Shown: one piece after another, positions 38,381-50,429 of the stretch
How positions within the stretch are numbered: the stretch's first letter is position 1
Layout of the letters: every line of letters begins with the position of its first letter
Assembly: GCA_003427395.1 (NCBI GenBank)
Contig: BFEA01000040.1
Location: 2,120,701 to 2,184,700, forward strand
DNA length: 64,000 bases
Direction: 5' to 3'
DNA from: Chara braunii
Lineage: Eukaryota > Plantae > Charophyceae
Notes under the pieces: model-generated
What the model was told of the DNA's origin: nothing
The model's input: the letters and a program-made list of their open reading frames with translations, nothing else
Database searches by the model: none
Position numbers and translations under genes: made by a program

Positions 38381-39295
38381 GGAGCAAGGCACAGTGTTGA
38401 TGGAGCCGTGAGGCGAGAGTCAGCCAGCGGGTGGATGGGTGCCGTTCGATTAGTGTGTCAGGGAGAGATAGCCATGGTAAAAGGAAAAAAAAAAAGAAAG
38501 GGAGAGATGGCCATGGTAGGTAGACGTTCAAGACGATAAATATAGCGGTGTATCTTTCCATGTTCTACGGGAAAGTTCATTGTCATTCTGCACATTTGGT
38601 GAAGGGTGGAGCCAGGCCCTAGGGCCTAGGGCGTCGCTCCACCATTCTCGACATGCACCAAAAAAAAATTAAAAAAAATCATTGAGGCTTATCGAGGTTT
38701 CGTTTGATAGCGTGCATGGAAGAGACGAGATTTTTTCGTTTTTTTTCTTTTCTTTTTCTCCTTTTTTCTCGAAAATGTCCTTCCTCCGATTTGACAGATG
38801 ACCCTCGTTTTGCTCAAGGGGAGTATGGGCTGTTTTTTTTTTTTTTTTTTTTTTTCCTGAACTCTGATTAACCTTCGCTCTCTTTTTTTCCCCCTTCTTC
38901 CTTTTCTCTTTCGTAATTTTTCTGGCTGGATTTTTCTTTTTTTTTGAAAGGATGACCCCTTTAGTATCTTATGGGATCCGGATGCTGGGCTCTCCTTTGC
39001 AGTCTAAAAGGATGGAAGGCCTGCTTACCACGTGTACGTCCGTGCTTGGTCGTTCGGGGCTGGTCGGTCACCGTTTTTTTTTTTTTTTTTTTTTACTAAG
39101 CCATCTTCTTCTCTCAATTTTTTTTTTTTTTTTTTTTTTTCCAATTTCATCTTTCACTATCTACCTACCTACCACTACTCCTAAAAGCCTATACAGGGGA
39201 CCCCTGCAAGCAAAGCTACCGCTCACAAAAGACGTGTGAGAAAGAGAGAAGCCGTCATTTTGTTTCTTTGTTTTTTTTTTCTTTTCTTAACTAGG

Positions 39296-39557
39296 CTAGG
39301 CTACCAGCCGGGCCGCCCGGGTCCCGGGTGGCCAGCCCGTGCAAGGACGAGGGAAGGTCCCAGCAAAAAAAAAAAAAAAAAAAAAAAATCCGAAAAACAA
39401 CTATGTTATGCAGAAAAATAAACTGGACAACTTTTGCCTCAGGGTCACATCGAAATTCCTCACGGAATTTAAAATATAAAATATAAATTTATTTTTAGTT
39501 TTTATTTGTTTTTTGCCCCGGCCGGGCAAGTGACCCCGGGCCACTCTGGTAGCCTAG
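39296..39557 (-). mobile_element. CTAGGCTACCAG-TIR MITE (copy 2, inverted relative to 14441-14711)
   Basis: Reverse complement matches copy 1 along its length. Confidence 0.88.
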
Positions 39558-40025
39558 ATACTAGCCATATTCTTCTCTCGATTTCACCTTTCACTATCTA
39601 CCTACCTACCACTAGTACTAAAAGCCTATATAGGGGACCCCTAAAAGCCTATATAGGGGACCCCTGCAAGCATAGCCACCTCTCACAAAAGACGTGTGAA
39701 AGAGAGAAGCCGTCCTTTGTTTTCATGTTTTTTTTTTTTTTTTCCCTGTACCTCTCACAAATGACGTGTGAAAAAGTGAAGCCGTCGTTTTTTTTTTTTT
39801 CCTGTACGAGGGCGACGGCCTTGACAGAGAGAGATCATCTTCGCACTGACTTTTTTTTTTCTGTTTTTTTCAGAATCATTATTTTCCATTCATAGCGCCT
39901 TTCTCTCAATTTACGGATTTGAACTCGATGACTGGCTCCGTTTCTTTTTTTGTTTTTTTTAATGCTTAAAAAAAAAAGACCCTTTCTCAATTTATGCCTG
40001 TCATCCATTCGCAGGGGCCATGCTA

Positions 40026-40092
<67 letters not shown>

Positions 40093-40168
40093 TTGGTTCC
40101 AATGATAACGGATGTCCTGAAGGACCAGTTTTGTATTTCGACAGGTCATGGGTGGGTGTACCAACTGA

Positions 40169-40294
40169 GGGCATACTCACACTAGCACTTCTTCTTTTTT
40201 ACTTGTTTCTGGACGGAATCGCGGCCAGATGCATATGAGTCCGGCCGTAAATGCCGTCAGACACATTCCAGGTAGTGCTAGTGTGAATTCGCCC
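40169..40294. mobile_element. PIF/Harbinger-like MITE with 3-bp TSD TGA
   Basis: TGA-GGGCATACTCACACTAGCACT ... AGTGCTAGTGTGAATTCGCCC-TGA. Confidence 0.82.
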
Positions 40295-40421
40295 TGAGCT
40301 AGGCTCGTTGGTGAAACTGAAACACGTTTTTGTTTTTTTGACGTAAAGGAAACACGTGATTGGTCGGCGTTCGGCTGGCGGACAGGGAAAGTGGACTTTC
40401 GGGCTGGCGTACAGGGAACAC

Positions 40422-40499
<78 letters not shown>

Positions 40500-40589
40500 G
40501 TGAAAACGTGTTTTTGGTGCATCGCTTGGCTATAACTTAAGGTCGCCGATTAATATACGGGAAGGCATAGCAGGACACCCAGCCGTTGA

Positions 40590-41465
40590 TATATCACGGC
40601 ATAGCACGATATACAAAGAGATAAAATGATATATAGCACCATAGACATTCACAATATACACAGCATATTACGGCGTAGCACTTTTTACATAGCACACGAT
40701 ATTACTGGAGAGCACTATGTACATAGCACACGATATTACGGATGGCACGATATAGCGCGATATAGCACTATATAGAAAGACATAGAAAGACATAGTATAG
40801 CACGATATAGAATGGCGATATAGCACGATACAGAATGACATAGCATGGCATAGCATTACGGGACTATGCATGCCGTGGCACGACATGTCATGACGTGCTA
40901 TGCTATCTGACTAAGTTCTCCGACATGACGGAGCACTTAGTGAGATAGCACGGCATAGCACGGCATAGCACGTCATGACATGCATAGCATCACACGTCAA
41001 CGCATCACATAGCCCAACGTGACATCACTGGACTTGTCATAGCAGTCCGTGACATAGCACGCCATAGCACGTCATAGCATGATATAGCACGACATATTAC
41101 GACATGACACTCGGTAGCATTACAGCACAATGCATTACATAGCACAATATGACATAGCACTCCTTGACATAGCACGACGTAGCACGACATAGCGCGACAC
41201 TCGACATAGCACGACAGAGCACGGCATAGTACGACATAGTGTGACACAGCACGACAAAGCGCGACATGACATTCATATTGTTACGGGACAACGCATGACG
41301 TAGCAGGACATGACATAGCACTCCGTGACATAGCCCAACATAGCACGATAGCACGACATAGCGGGATAGCAGATGGCATGATGGAGCAGGATGTGGTGGA
41401 TGATAGTATAGCATGGCATAGGACGACATCGCGACGTAGTATAGCATATGGGATAGTATAGCATT
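40590..41465. repeat. Degenerate 5/10-bp satellite (ATAGC-ACGAC)n
   Basis: Continuous pentamer periodicity. Confidence 0.92.
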
Positions 41466-41655
41466 TCTTACCCCCATGTCTAAGTGCTTATGTAGTGTGG
41501 CAGGCTCTCAGTCATTACTATCCTCTTCAACCGCATATCTGTAGTTGGGCCAATTTCCAGTCTAGGGGCGGCGATAATGACCGTGCGCGCAACAATTTTG
41601 AACGTGGTCGTGAAACTGCATTGGATGCATATGTCCGTACGCGCAATGCTTTTTT

Positions 41656-42825
41656 TTTTTTTGAACAGATCTGTGTTTGGCATTAAAAGGTCTTGAACAG
41701 ATCCAGCGTCCTTTCTTAGGTAGCAGACCGGAAACAGATCCAGTCTCCTCATTAGAAGAGGTTGAATGCAGGCTGGAACCAGGGCCAGCGTCCTTTCAGA
41801 AAGAGCAGTTCTAGAGGTACTAGCAAATTCTAGCAGTCTCTGCTTATTAAAGAGAGTAATGCCTGTTTAAAGAACAGAAACTACCCTATTTAACAGGCTA
41901 TTGACTCCTTTGCTGGAAAACAGGTCCAGCGTCCTTGTTCTTCCGAGAGGACTGGATTACTCAACTATTGGCTCAGTTCCTCAGTGGCAGGTCTTTCCTC
42001 CCATAACAGACCAGACATGAATACCTTGCCTGTTGGGGTTCTTCCTGCCCATTCAAACCGGTACTCCCACTTCCTTATCTGTCTTGGAGGAGTGAAATCA
42101 GTCATTACTTGCTTCTGTTTGAACTTCCTATATTCTGCCAGAATCAGTCTTCTTACAGAATATCTGAAGTTGTTCCTCAAAGCCAGCTGGGATGTGCTCA
42201 TCCCTTTGAAGTGCCTATCTCTTCGTGCCAGCCATATCGGCCAGAAGGCGATGGCGCAGAATTTGAGTGCTATGTCCTTCCCTGTCACAGTGGTTGTATC
42301 TCCTGGGAGTACAAAGTGCTGGTTCCATATGTTGGAGTCTCCATATGCCCTTCTCCACAAGTCTTGGATCCATTCCCAGAATCCGCGTGCCACCACGCAT
42401 TCCCACCATAGGTGCGCCGAAGACTCCACTCTTGCTTGGGTAAGGGCATTGATCACAGAGTATGTTGATCTGCACGCATTCCCACCATAGGTGCGCTGAA
42501 GACTCCACTCTTGCTTGGGTAAGGGCATTGATCACAGAGTATGTTGATCTGCATTCCTCTCTCTGAGCACCATTCGGCTGTAGGTACGCAGGAGTGCATG
42601 TGCAGCCATTGCAGTCCTGCCATTCTGACTTCTGTGATACCTTGAATCATCTGACAATAGAGAGGAAACCAAATAGAGACAAAGGTGCCAAAACTCATGG
42701 ACGGGGATTTCTTGTTCCAGGAGAGCCAGGATTGAGCAGTTAGTGTTGAGGATTTGGATTGCAGTCTGTATCCTACTTTTGGTTTGTAATTTTCTACTGA
42801 TATCATTTGGGTTTCCGCCGTCTCT
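41656..42825 (-). mobile_element. 5'-truncated L1/Tx1-type LINE 3' end (zf-RVT region, 3' UTR, poly-A) with 15-bp TSD
   Basis: CDQC...ESSAHLWWECVVARGFW...FWPIWLARRDRHFKG. TSD GCGCAATGCTTTTTT at 41641-41655 and 42826-42840. Internal ~79-bp tandem duplication at 42397-42552. Confidence 0.92.
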
Positions 42826-43138
42826 GCGCAATGCTTTTTTCAGATGAACATTATGATGAGAACACTGCCACCGAATTTTGGGGGGATGGCTCCATCATTT
42901 TGGCGGCCGATTTACCGTGTTGTGCCCCTCTGACCACAATTCAAATTCTCCATAAAAACCCGATGTCGGTTGGGCCTGAAATGTTTTTCTTATGCCCCTA
43001 CAGGTACCCGTTCCAAATTTGCAGTATGCCCCTACTCGATAGCTGTTGAGTACCAGCGCAAAAAAAATCCATATGCCCCTACCGGTAGGGTGCATCTTTT
43101 CAGTGCACCTCTATGGCTATGCGCACGGCAGCCACTTC

Positions 43139-43190
<52 letters not shown>

Positions 43191-43265
43191 NNNNNNNNNN
43201 NNNNNNNNNNACACACACACATGGGCATGGAGGCCACTTCATTTCTCTGTCTGTCTGTCTGTCTG

Positions 43266-43346
<81 letters not shown>

Positions 43347-43640
43347 CCCAATACACACACACTGTCATTTTTTGTGGCAGTGCCACAAAATCCAAGTGCT
43401 TAAAATCCGAATTTGGTGCAAGGGCGTGATGGAAAGATGCATTGAGGGCATATAGCGCAGGGACCAGTGAAATGGGACTGGCCGTCCAGTAAGGGCACCA
43501 CAGAAAGCTGCACCCCTTGCTGACAGGGGCATGCAGGAAAAGTTCAGAGGCCCCAGGGGCAGGGCAGGGTAAGTGGTCTATCGGAGGGGCTCGACGCAAA
43601 ATAATGGAAGTAAGGCCGACCTATTCAATTACCTGTCAAA

Positions 43641-44089
43641 GATCCAGTGGCCTAGCTCAGTTGGTTAGGCACGCAAGTGGCATTTAGGAGGTTGTGGTTT
43701 CGAGCCCCATGACCGCCTGCCAGCCGGCTGTGATACTCCGCTTGATATGCCTGATCGGTATTAGTAGGGTCTTTGACCGACACTGGTGTGAGTGTGAGCG
43801 TGAGTGGGTTGTGTGTGGTGTGTGGGAGAGTGTTGGCCATAGCCACTACTGCTACTCGAAGGGGAGTGGGGGAAGTAGATGGGAGGTGCAGGTACTGGCC
43901 TAATGCTCGGTCTTTGCGTAATCTGCCCCCCTCCCCCCAGTTGCAGTCCCACCCTACTTCCTGACCACCGCTCGTTGGGGTGGGGGGCAACATGAAAGGT
44001 AGCTATGCTTGCAGGGGTCCCCTGTATAGGCTTAGTAGTGGTAGGTAGATAGTGAAAGCTGAAATGGAGAGAAAAAAAAATAAAATAAC
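43641..44089 (+). mobile_element. tRNA-derived SINE, apparently full length
   Basis: A box TAGCTCAGTTGG, B box GGTTTCGAGCCC, A-rich tail; 13-bp TSD ATTACCTG(T/G)CAAA at 43628-43640 and 44090-44102. Confidence 0.85.
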
Positions 44090-45408
44090 ATTACCTGGCA
44101 AATTTTGACAGGATGGCTTTTCAGGCCTTTATTATAGTATAACGGGGAACCCACCCGTAGCAGCCAACCCGAGTTCAAATCATCCAAAGAGGGAATGTGC
44201 GGGGGGCTGCTCTGGACCTGCAGGTGGGCGATACCGGCCAGGGGTCAGCCGGTAGCATCGTCAGGACCGAGCTTCGTTGATGGGCCAGCCGCTGTGCCTC
44301 CCCTCCGCTCCCCTTCCTCCCGAGTCTATGAACAACAGCAGTCTCTGCCCAATGCCCGCTCGCTGGGGGATGAACAGCCTATCTCTCGGTGGCGGGTGCC
44401 AAGCTTGCCGAGGAAGGTACTGGAGGGCAATGGGCAAAGAACAATTGGAAGGTGGCTCATGTATGAAAAACATTATCAAGTGCAGAGTATGTAGATGTTT
44501 CTTCCCTACACTGGGGACGTCTTCATTTGTTTATTTCTTTTTTTTTCCATGTTATATATGGTTTTCTTTTCTCTTTTTTTCTTGTTTTTGTTTTTGTTTT
44601 CTGAGTCTTCCTGCGACCGGGAGTTTGCATGTTGAGGTCTGTGAACTTCCGCGGTGACCGCCGCAGCGGGGAAAGGTACTGGTGGGTTTAATAAGAGAGT
44701 GATTGTCATGAGCTATGGGGACCTCGTGATACCGCTTTCGAATCCCCAAACATCTTCAGGAGCTTCAGGAGCGATCCTGAAGTCCAGAATTTGGGAAACA
44801 GCGGTCGAGAAGCCTCATCACCACACTGCAAGTCGGAATGGCGCAGTCTCCAAGTGGGGAGTCGAGGAGTGCTAAACGGAAAATTCCAAAGCTTATGACA
44901 ACCGTTGATGTGTGCGTCGGGGTCTCCCAGGTAACCTGCCCTCCGCGCGAGGTCTCCTGAAAATGGGCTTCATCCGCCCGAGGTCTCCCGAAAATGCCCT
45001 TTTGCAGGCGCACGTCTACGGTTGTTCAGGATTGCACTCTTGCAGACGCGCCATCAGCGTTCTCACGACGTTTTGCAGGATTGGTCTCGAAACCAGACCC
45101 CGAACCGTGACAGCTCCATACAGAATTGGACACTAAAGAAAAGGCTCGAGTCGAGTGAAGAGTGATATAGGTAATGAAAAATAATAAGCAATTACAAAAA
45201 TTAAATACAATAAATGAATAAGTATAGGGTAGCCTGCTATTCCTTCACTCCGTCGATTAGGCGAGGCTACGGTGCCTTCCGATTAAGGAGTTCCACCCGG
45301 TCTTAATTTCTGGCCGTTGATCTTCGAAATGGATGGTCAGGAATGAATGATCCGGGTAAATGGATCCTAGTCCCTGAAATGTAACCTGACAAGAAAGAAG
45401 TGTTGCAA

Positions 45409-45524
45409 TGGAGTGGGACTTGAGCCCAGAATTGGAACTGGAGTGGGACTTGGGCCCAGAATTGGAACTGGAGTGGGACTTGGGCCCAGAATTGGAACTG
45501 GAGTGGGACTTGGGTCCAGAATTG
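45409..45524. repeat. 30-bp tandem repeat, about 4 copies
   Basis: GAGTGGGACTTGGGCCCAGAATTGGAACTG. Confidence 0.93.
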
Positions 45525-45692
45525 TATCTGAGTAACTGAATCGGGCACAGTTGGCGTGGCAATGGTTGTCGTGTGGAATTGGATCATCCGGGAGTGGTGT
45601 GGAGAGCCCCTTTTGGTAAAATCGAACAGGTGGCCCAAGTTTTTTTTTTTTTTTTTTTTCCCCCTAACTTAGAAAGGCGACAACCTTGAGAT

Positions 45693-46123
45693 ATGGGGTC
45701 TCGCTCCACTACTGTCCACTGTACAAAATTGTGGACAGGTCGTGGACAGCTATGGGAGCGTACAAAAATCGTGGAAACGCGGCATCGCTCCACTTGCTGT
45801 ACACTATACGACACCCGAATTTGTGAGTTCCCTACGAGACACGGGTGTAGCACTACAAGAGACACAGCGTCGATAGTATTTTGTACGCCCAGCAGACTCC
45901 AGGCTCGCCGTCCAGAAAGGCGGAGGGTCCGTGGGGTTTCCTACGAGGGCAGTCCACGAAAGTACTTGTGCAGGCTGCAAGCTATACAAAAATGGACAGT
46001 CAATTTTCCAGGGTGTTTCCGACAAACGTCCAAGCCATTTTGAGAGGCCTATAATGGACAGTAAGTGGAGCGACATCCCACTGTCCATTTTTCTACATTG
46101 GACAGTAGTGGAGCGACGCCCAT
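45693..46123. mobile_element. MITE with ~25-bp TIR (ATGGG..TCGCTCCACTACTGTCCA)
   Basis: Inverted termini at 45693-45718 and 46099-46123. Confidence 0.8.
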
Positions 46124-46224
46124 GATCTATGAACAGGCCAGTCCATGGTAATTTCAGAGTTATTTTTTTCCCCTTTTGTGGAAGGAAAGTTTTTTAGCGC
46201 CCAGTGCCCAAGGCAAAATACTGA

Positions 46225-47473
46225 GGGTCAGATCCCACTACCCTGGGTTATTCATTTTTCACCATCGATTACGAAGATCAACGGTCAGAAATGAACAATA
46301 GGGGCTAGTGGGATCTGGCCCTGAGTCTTTTTAGGGTTGGTGGATATCAGGACTGTGGTCTGGTTTAGGACTGCGAAGGCTCATCGCTCCCTGTGATCCC
46401 TGTGTGCCTGGTAATTAGCCTCTACAACATCCTGGACTTTTTATATATATAAAAAAAAAAAAAGAGACTGGTCTGGTGTTGGCCATTTCTGGCACTGGAT
46501 TCAACCCCCGACACCCTCATCCATCCCTCCCTTTTTTTTTCTTTTTTCTTCTAATCCGGGTTGTTTCTTGAGGATTCCTGGCCTCTCCCTTTTGTGTGCG
46601 TAATCAGATGAGGAGTTTTTTCTTTAAAAAGAAAAAAAGAAAAATTCAGTCTAGAATCTCTCAATCTTGGTTGCCAACTTGCCAACAATTGTTTTTGTTC
46701 TCTTTTGAGTGACATGCCAAAAAAAAAAAAAAAAAAAAAAAAAAAGACATGCCAGCCAATCGGGCTACCGACTTCACCCGAATACAACGTACGGTCATTA
46801 TTGCTGTTTCTAGACTCAAAGTTGCCCCAAATACAGTTATAATAGCCGTACATTGTATTCGTGTGAAGACGGTAGGTGAGTCTTCCTATCTGGCGCCCTA
46901 GGGTGAAGAGATCTGGGGCGAGGTCCCACTAAAGAGGATTGGATTGGACACCGGAATCTGGACTTGTTTGTGGAAAGGTGCAGAATGTCGAGATTGAACT
47001 GCTTTTCCCAATCTCTGCTTAAAACATGTCTAGATTCAGGATATTTATCCAACCCTCTTTGCTAGTGGAATCTCACCCCTGGTTAGCTGCTGTGCCCTCA
47101 CAGATGTAATTTTTGGCCGCTTCTGATTCAGAGCACTTGTGAATGTATATGGGACGCTGGACCCGTTTTCCAGCAGGTGCAGCTCCCCATGAATAGAATG
47201 GAGCCATCGAAAGCCCTCAGTTCTGACGGTTCTCTTACCACCGCCAGGACAGAGGGATATCGCAAGGGCTATTCTTGGGAAAACAAAAAGAAAAAAAAAG
47301 AAAAAGGAAAAGAAAAAAAAGAATGGAGCCATCGAATCTAAGCCCCCTTCTATCTCCAGGGGCTCATACCACCCTGAAGACAGAAGACAGGGCTCAAATC
47401 GATGTTCAACTAAAAATAAATAATAAAAAAATTAACAATAATAAAATAATAAAATAATAATAAAAAATTATAA

Positions 47474-47506
<33 letters not shown>

Positions 47507-47991
47507 CTCAGCACAAGAGAGGTTCCAAATTCAGGGGCCCCAAGGTCTCCAATCCTTCCCCTGTAGCAAAAGCCATCAATGGACCAAAAAATATTCAGAG
47601 TTATAATTGTTTACTCATGTGGCGCCTGGTCCCACTAGCAGCGTCAAGTTTTCGCAGTGCCCGAATCTGGACGAGTTTGTGGAGATGTGCCGAAAATGGC
47701 GGTGAGTTGGGTTTTCTCACCTCTCCTCAACGTTTGAATGTGGAAGAGTTTGTGGAGATGTGCAGAAAAAAAACTTTCTCCTCAACTCAATGCCCCAAAC
47801 TGGACGGGTATGTAGAGATGTGCAGAAAAAAACTTTTTCCTCAACTCAACGCCCGAAACTGGACGGGTATGTGGAGATGTGCAGAAAATCACATCAAGTT
47901 TCGTCATCCGCACATCCGCACAAACACGTCCATATTCGGTTCTTGAGCAAACTTAGCGCTGCTAGTGGGCGCTGCTAGTGGGACTTGACCC
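46225..47991. mobile_element. Cluster of PIF/Harbinger-like MITEs with GGG..AG.TCCCACTA termini (46225-46321, ~46915-47079, ~47620-47991)
   Basis: First copy has TGA TSD; third contains a ~59-bp internal tandem repeat (GTGGAGATGTGCAGAAAA...). Confidence 0.72.
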
Positions 47992-48067
47992 CTGATTCCA
48001 TTTGAATCTGAACTGCGGTCTGTGTTCCAACAGTGCGCAGTTGGTGCTGGGCTTGTTGGTTGGTTAA

Positions 48068-48214
48068 ACCACCAGTACTCCCAGCTATCGGCCGGGGAAA
48101 AAAAAGGAGTAGAAACGTTTCTAGTCGGATGAATTTGGGCGCTCCTGTAGTAGCCCATACATTTCCTAAAATCGTGGCGCGTTAACGGGCACGACTCGAG
48201 GAAGTACTGGTGGT
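48068..48214. mobile_element. TTAA-family MITE
   Basis: TTAA-ACCACCAGTACT ... AGTACTGGTGGT-TTAA. Confidence 0.88.
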
Positions 48215-49925
48215 TTAAAGGCAGATCCCACTTCTTATAAGCAGGGCATTTTTAGGCAAAATTTGGGACCCCACTTCTCTCCACGAAACTCGGATCCCGT
48301 CCCGGAATGTCGGGGAAGTGGAAATGTTCTTGTACGTGGAGGCGCGAGCGTGATTGCAGGGGCGGTAGTTCTTCGGAAAATCAAAAGATGCCACCCCCGT
48401 ACCCTGCACCCTGAAAGAAGGCGGCCTTTTCTTTTTCTTCCTTTTTTTAATCCTGATGTACAGGCCGTTGGATCCTCGAGGCGCCACAAGATAGTGCAGC
48501 TCCGTGAGGAAAAGTCCTGCAGAAGTGGGATCCAACGACCTCCATATGGATCCGCCGGTGGCATGTGGGGTCGCGTTGTTCTTTTGAAATTCACATTCCG
48601 AGCGCTGCGCCTCCACCTTTCGCGTTTCGGTCCCGAGATGGGACTTCGGTCTGGACCCCACAGGCGTGCGGAAAAGCATATGGATTGGCGGCAACGGTTT
48701 TTTTCAGACCCCACAGGCAGTAGGACGTTTCCACGTAGTGTCATGATGTGGAATTCCTCCGTGGGACTCCAATTTCCAAAATATTGTGAGCCAAAAGAAC
48801 ATGGGAGGCCCCAGGCTCCCCTCTCGATTCAGCCACCCTGTGCGGAAAGGAGGCACGTGGATTGGACATTGTGCTGAAAAAGAGGAGGCACACTTGCCGG
48901 AAAAGGTAAGTCTCTTCCTGATCTGGTAACCTAACTCGAAATCCGCGGACGTGCGGAAATCTGCTGTCACAGTGGCGGTGGAGTCCCTTTTCTCTTGTCC
49001 ATTTCCGGCGGCTACGATTTGTTGTGCTGGCGGAGGCTTTCCAGGGGCAAAGCTACCACGGGCCTTTGGGCTCCAGCCCTTATTGGAGAAAAATCATTAA
49101 AAAAAAAGGAGAATGGCAACTGTAGCCCAATTAAGGATGGGAATACAAGCTATACACAGTCCTGCATCTATACCCGGAAAATGGGCAGTGGAAATTGCTT
49201 GCATGCCCGGGACTGAGATGGGCCCAGATTGGTACCACAAACTTGCAGATATAACCAACTATTAACCGTAATGCTCAAATTATGGACGTACCCAGGCAAA
49301 GTTATGGCATACCCGGGACCTGAGGTGGACCGACCTATCCGCACGAATAGATTGGAGCATGTTCCATATAAAAAAGACAAGAAAAAAAAAGATGGACTGG
49401 CCAAATTATTCATATACCCTGGAACGATATGGATGGAATTATTCTCATACCCAGCAGCCGTGGGGCGCAACGTCCATTTGATGGGCATGAGCATAATTTC
49501 GTGGTCCGAAACCAAGGGCTTGCAGGACTGGGTACACCTACAATTTTGCATAGGGTAGAAGTTGGGCACTGTGCAAAGTTGAATGGGCTCCGGGTATAGA
49601 TGCAAGTTCGCACTGGGACTTGGTATAGCGGTTATTCCCATCGTTAAGTGGGGGGTACGGATGGAATATATATGCAATTTTCCCTATAATAGAAAAAAAA
49701 GGTGGTTGCACTTGCCAGAACGAGCATGCATCCCCTCTGATGGGTGGAGGGAGACAACAAAGCTATGTTCGAAGGGGTCCCCAGAACTAATAATAGAAGG
49801 AAAGGAGAAACGTAGTATATGAGAAAAGGATATTGCACTTTCTATTGTTTATGGATGAGCTCCACCTGCTGGGTTTACAAAAAAACTACATGCCGCACTA
49901 AATTACTGCATAGAGTTGCCCTTTT

Positions 49926-50309
49926 TTGCTTTTTTTTTTTATATTTATTTTAATATGTAAGGGCACAGTGCCTAAGGCTACAAAAATCAGTGTCCACAAA
50001 TTTCATGTTCAAGGGCTACGAGGTCTCTAGCTGCAGTCAGCTAGCCGAGTCCGCCCCCTGTGAAAAAGAAGATCTCAAAAACAAAAAGTCCAAAAAATAA
50101 ACTAAGCTATAACAATGGTACACACATTTATCCTAAACAACAAGTACAACCAAAAAACACTAAAGCAATAACAAAAGCTATGAAAAAAAGGAGGACTCAA
50201 ATACAAGAGTTATCACATTCATCCCTATAGCTGCAAGAAACGCCCAAACGAGTACAACCGTCAATTGATATTAGTTGAGGGCACATTGCCCAATGTTTTT
50301 TAAACCAGT
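49926..50309 (-). mobile_element. Short retroposed insertion (LINE 3'-end-like)
   Basis: 13-bp TSD GAGTTGCCCTTTT at 49913-49925 and 50310-50322, with a T-rich tract at the left end. Confidence 0.75.
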
Positions 50310-50429
50310 GAGTTGCCCTTTTGATGTTTAGGTAATTCAGGATTGATTATTGATAGATTAGGGTTATTTTTCACCTTAAATTAGGGTTGTTGGAATATGA
50401 TATAGGTTTATGAAACTCCATGCCATACT

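Noticed and set aside
43648-43720. Functional tRNA gene
   Set aside because: No proper acceptor or anticodon stems, and it is the head of a TSD-flanked SINE.
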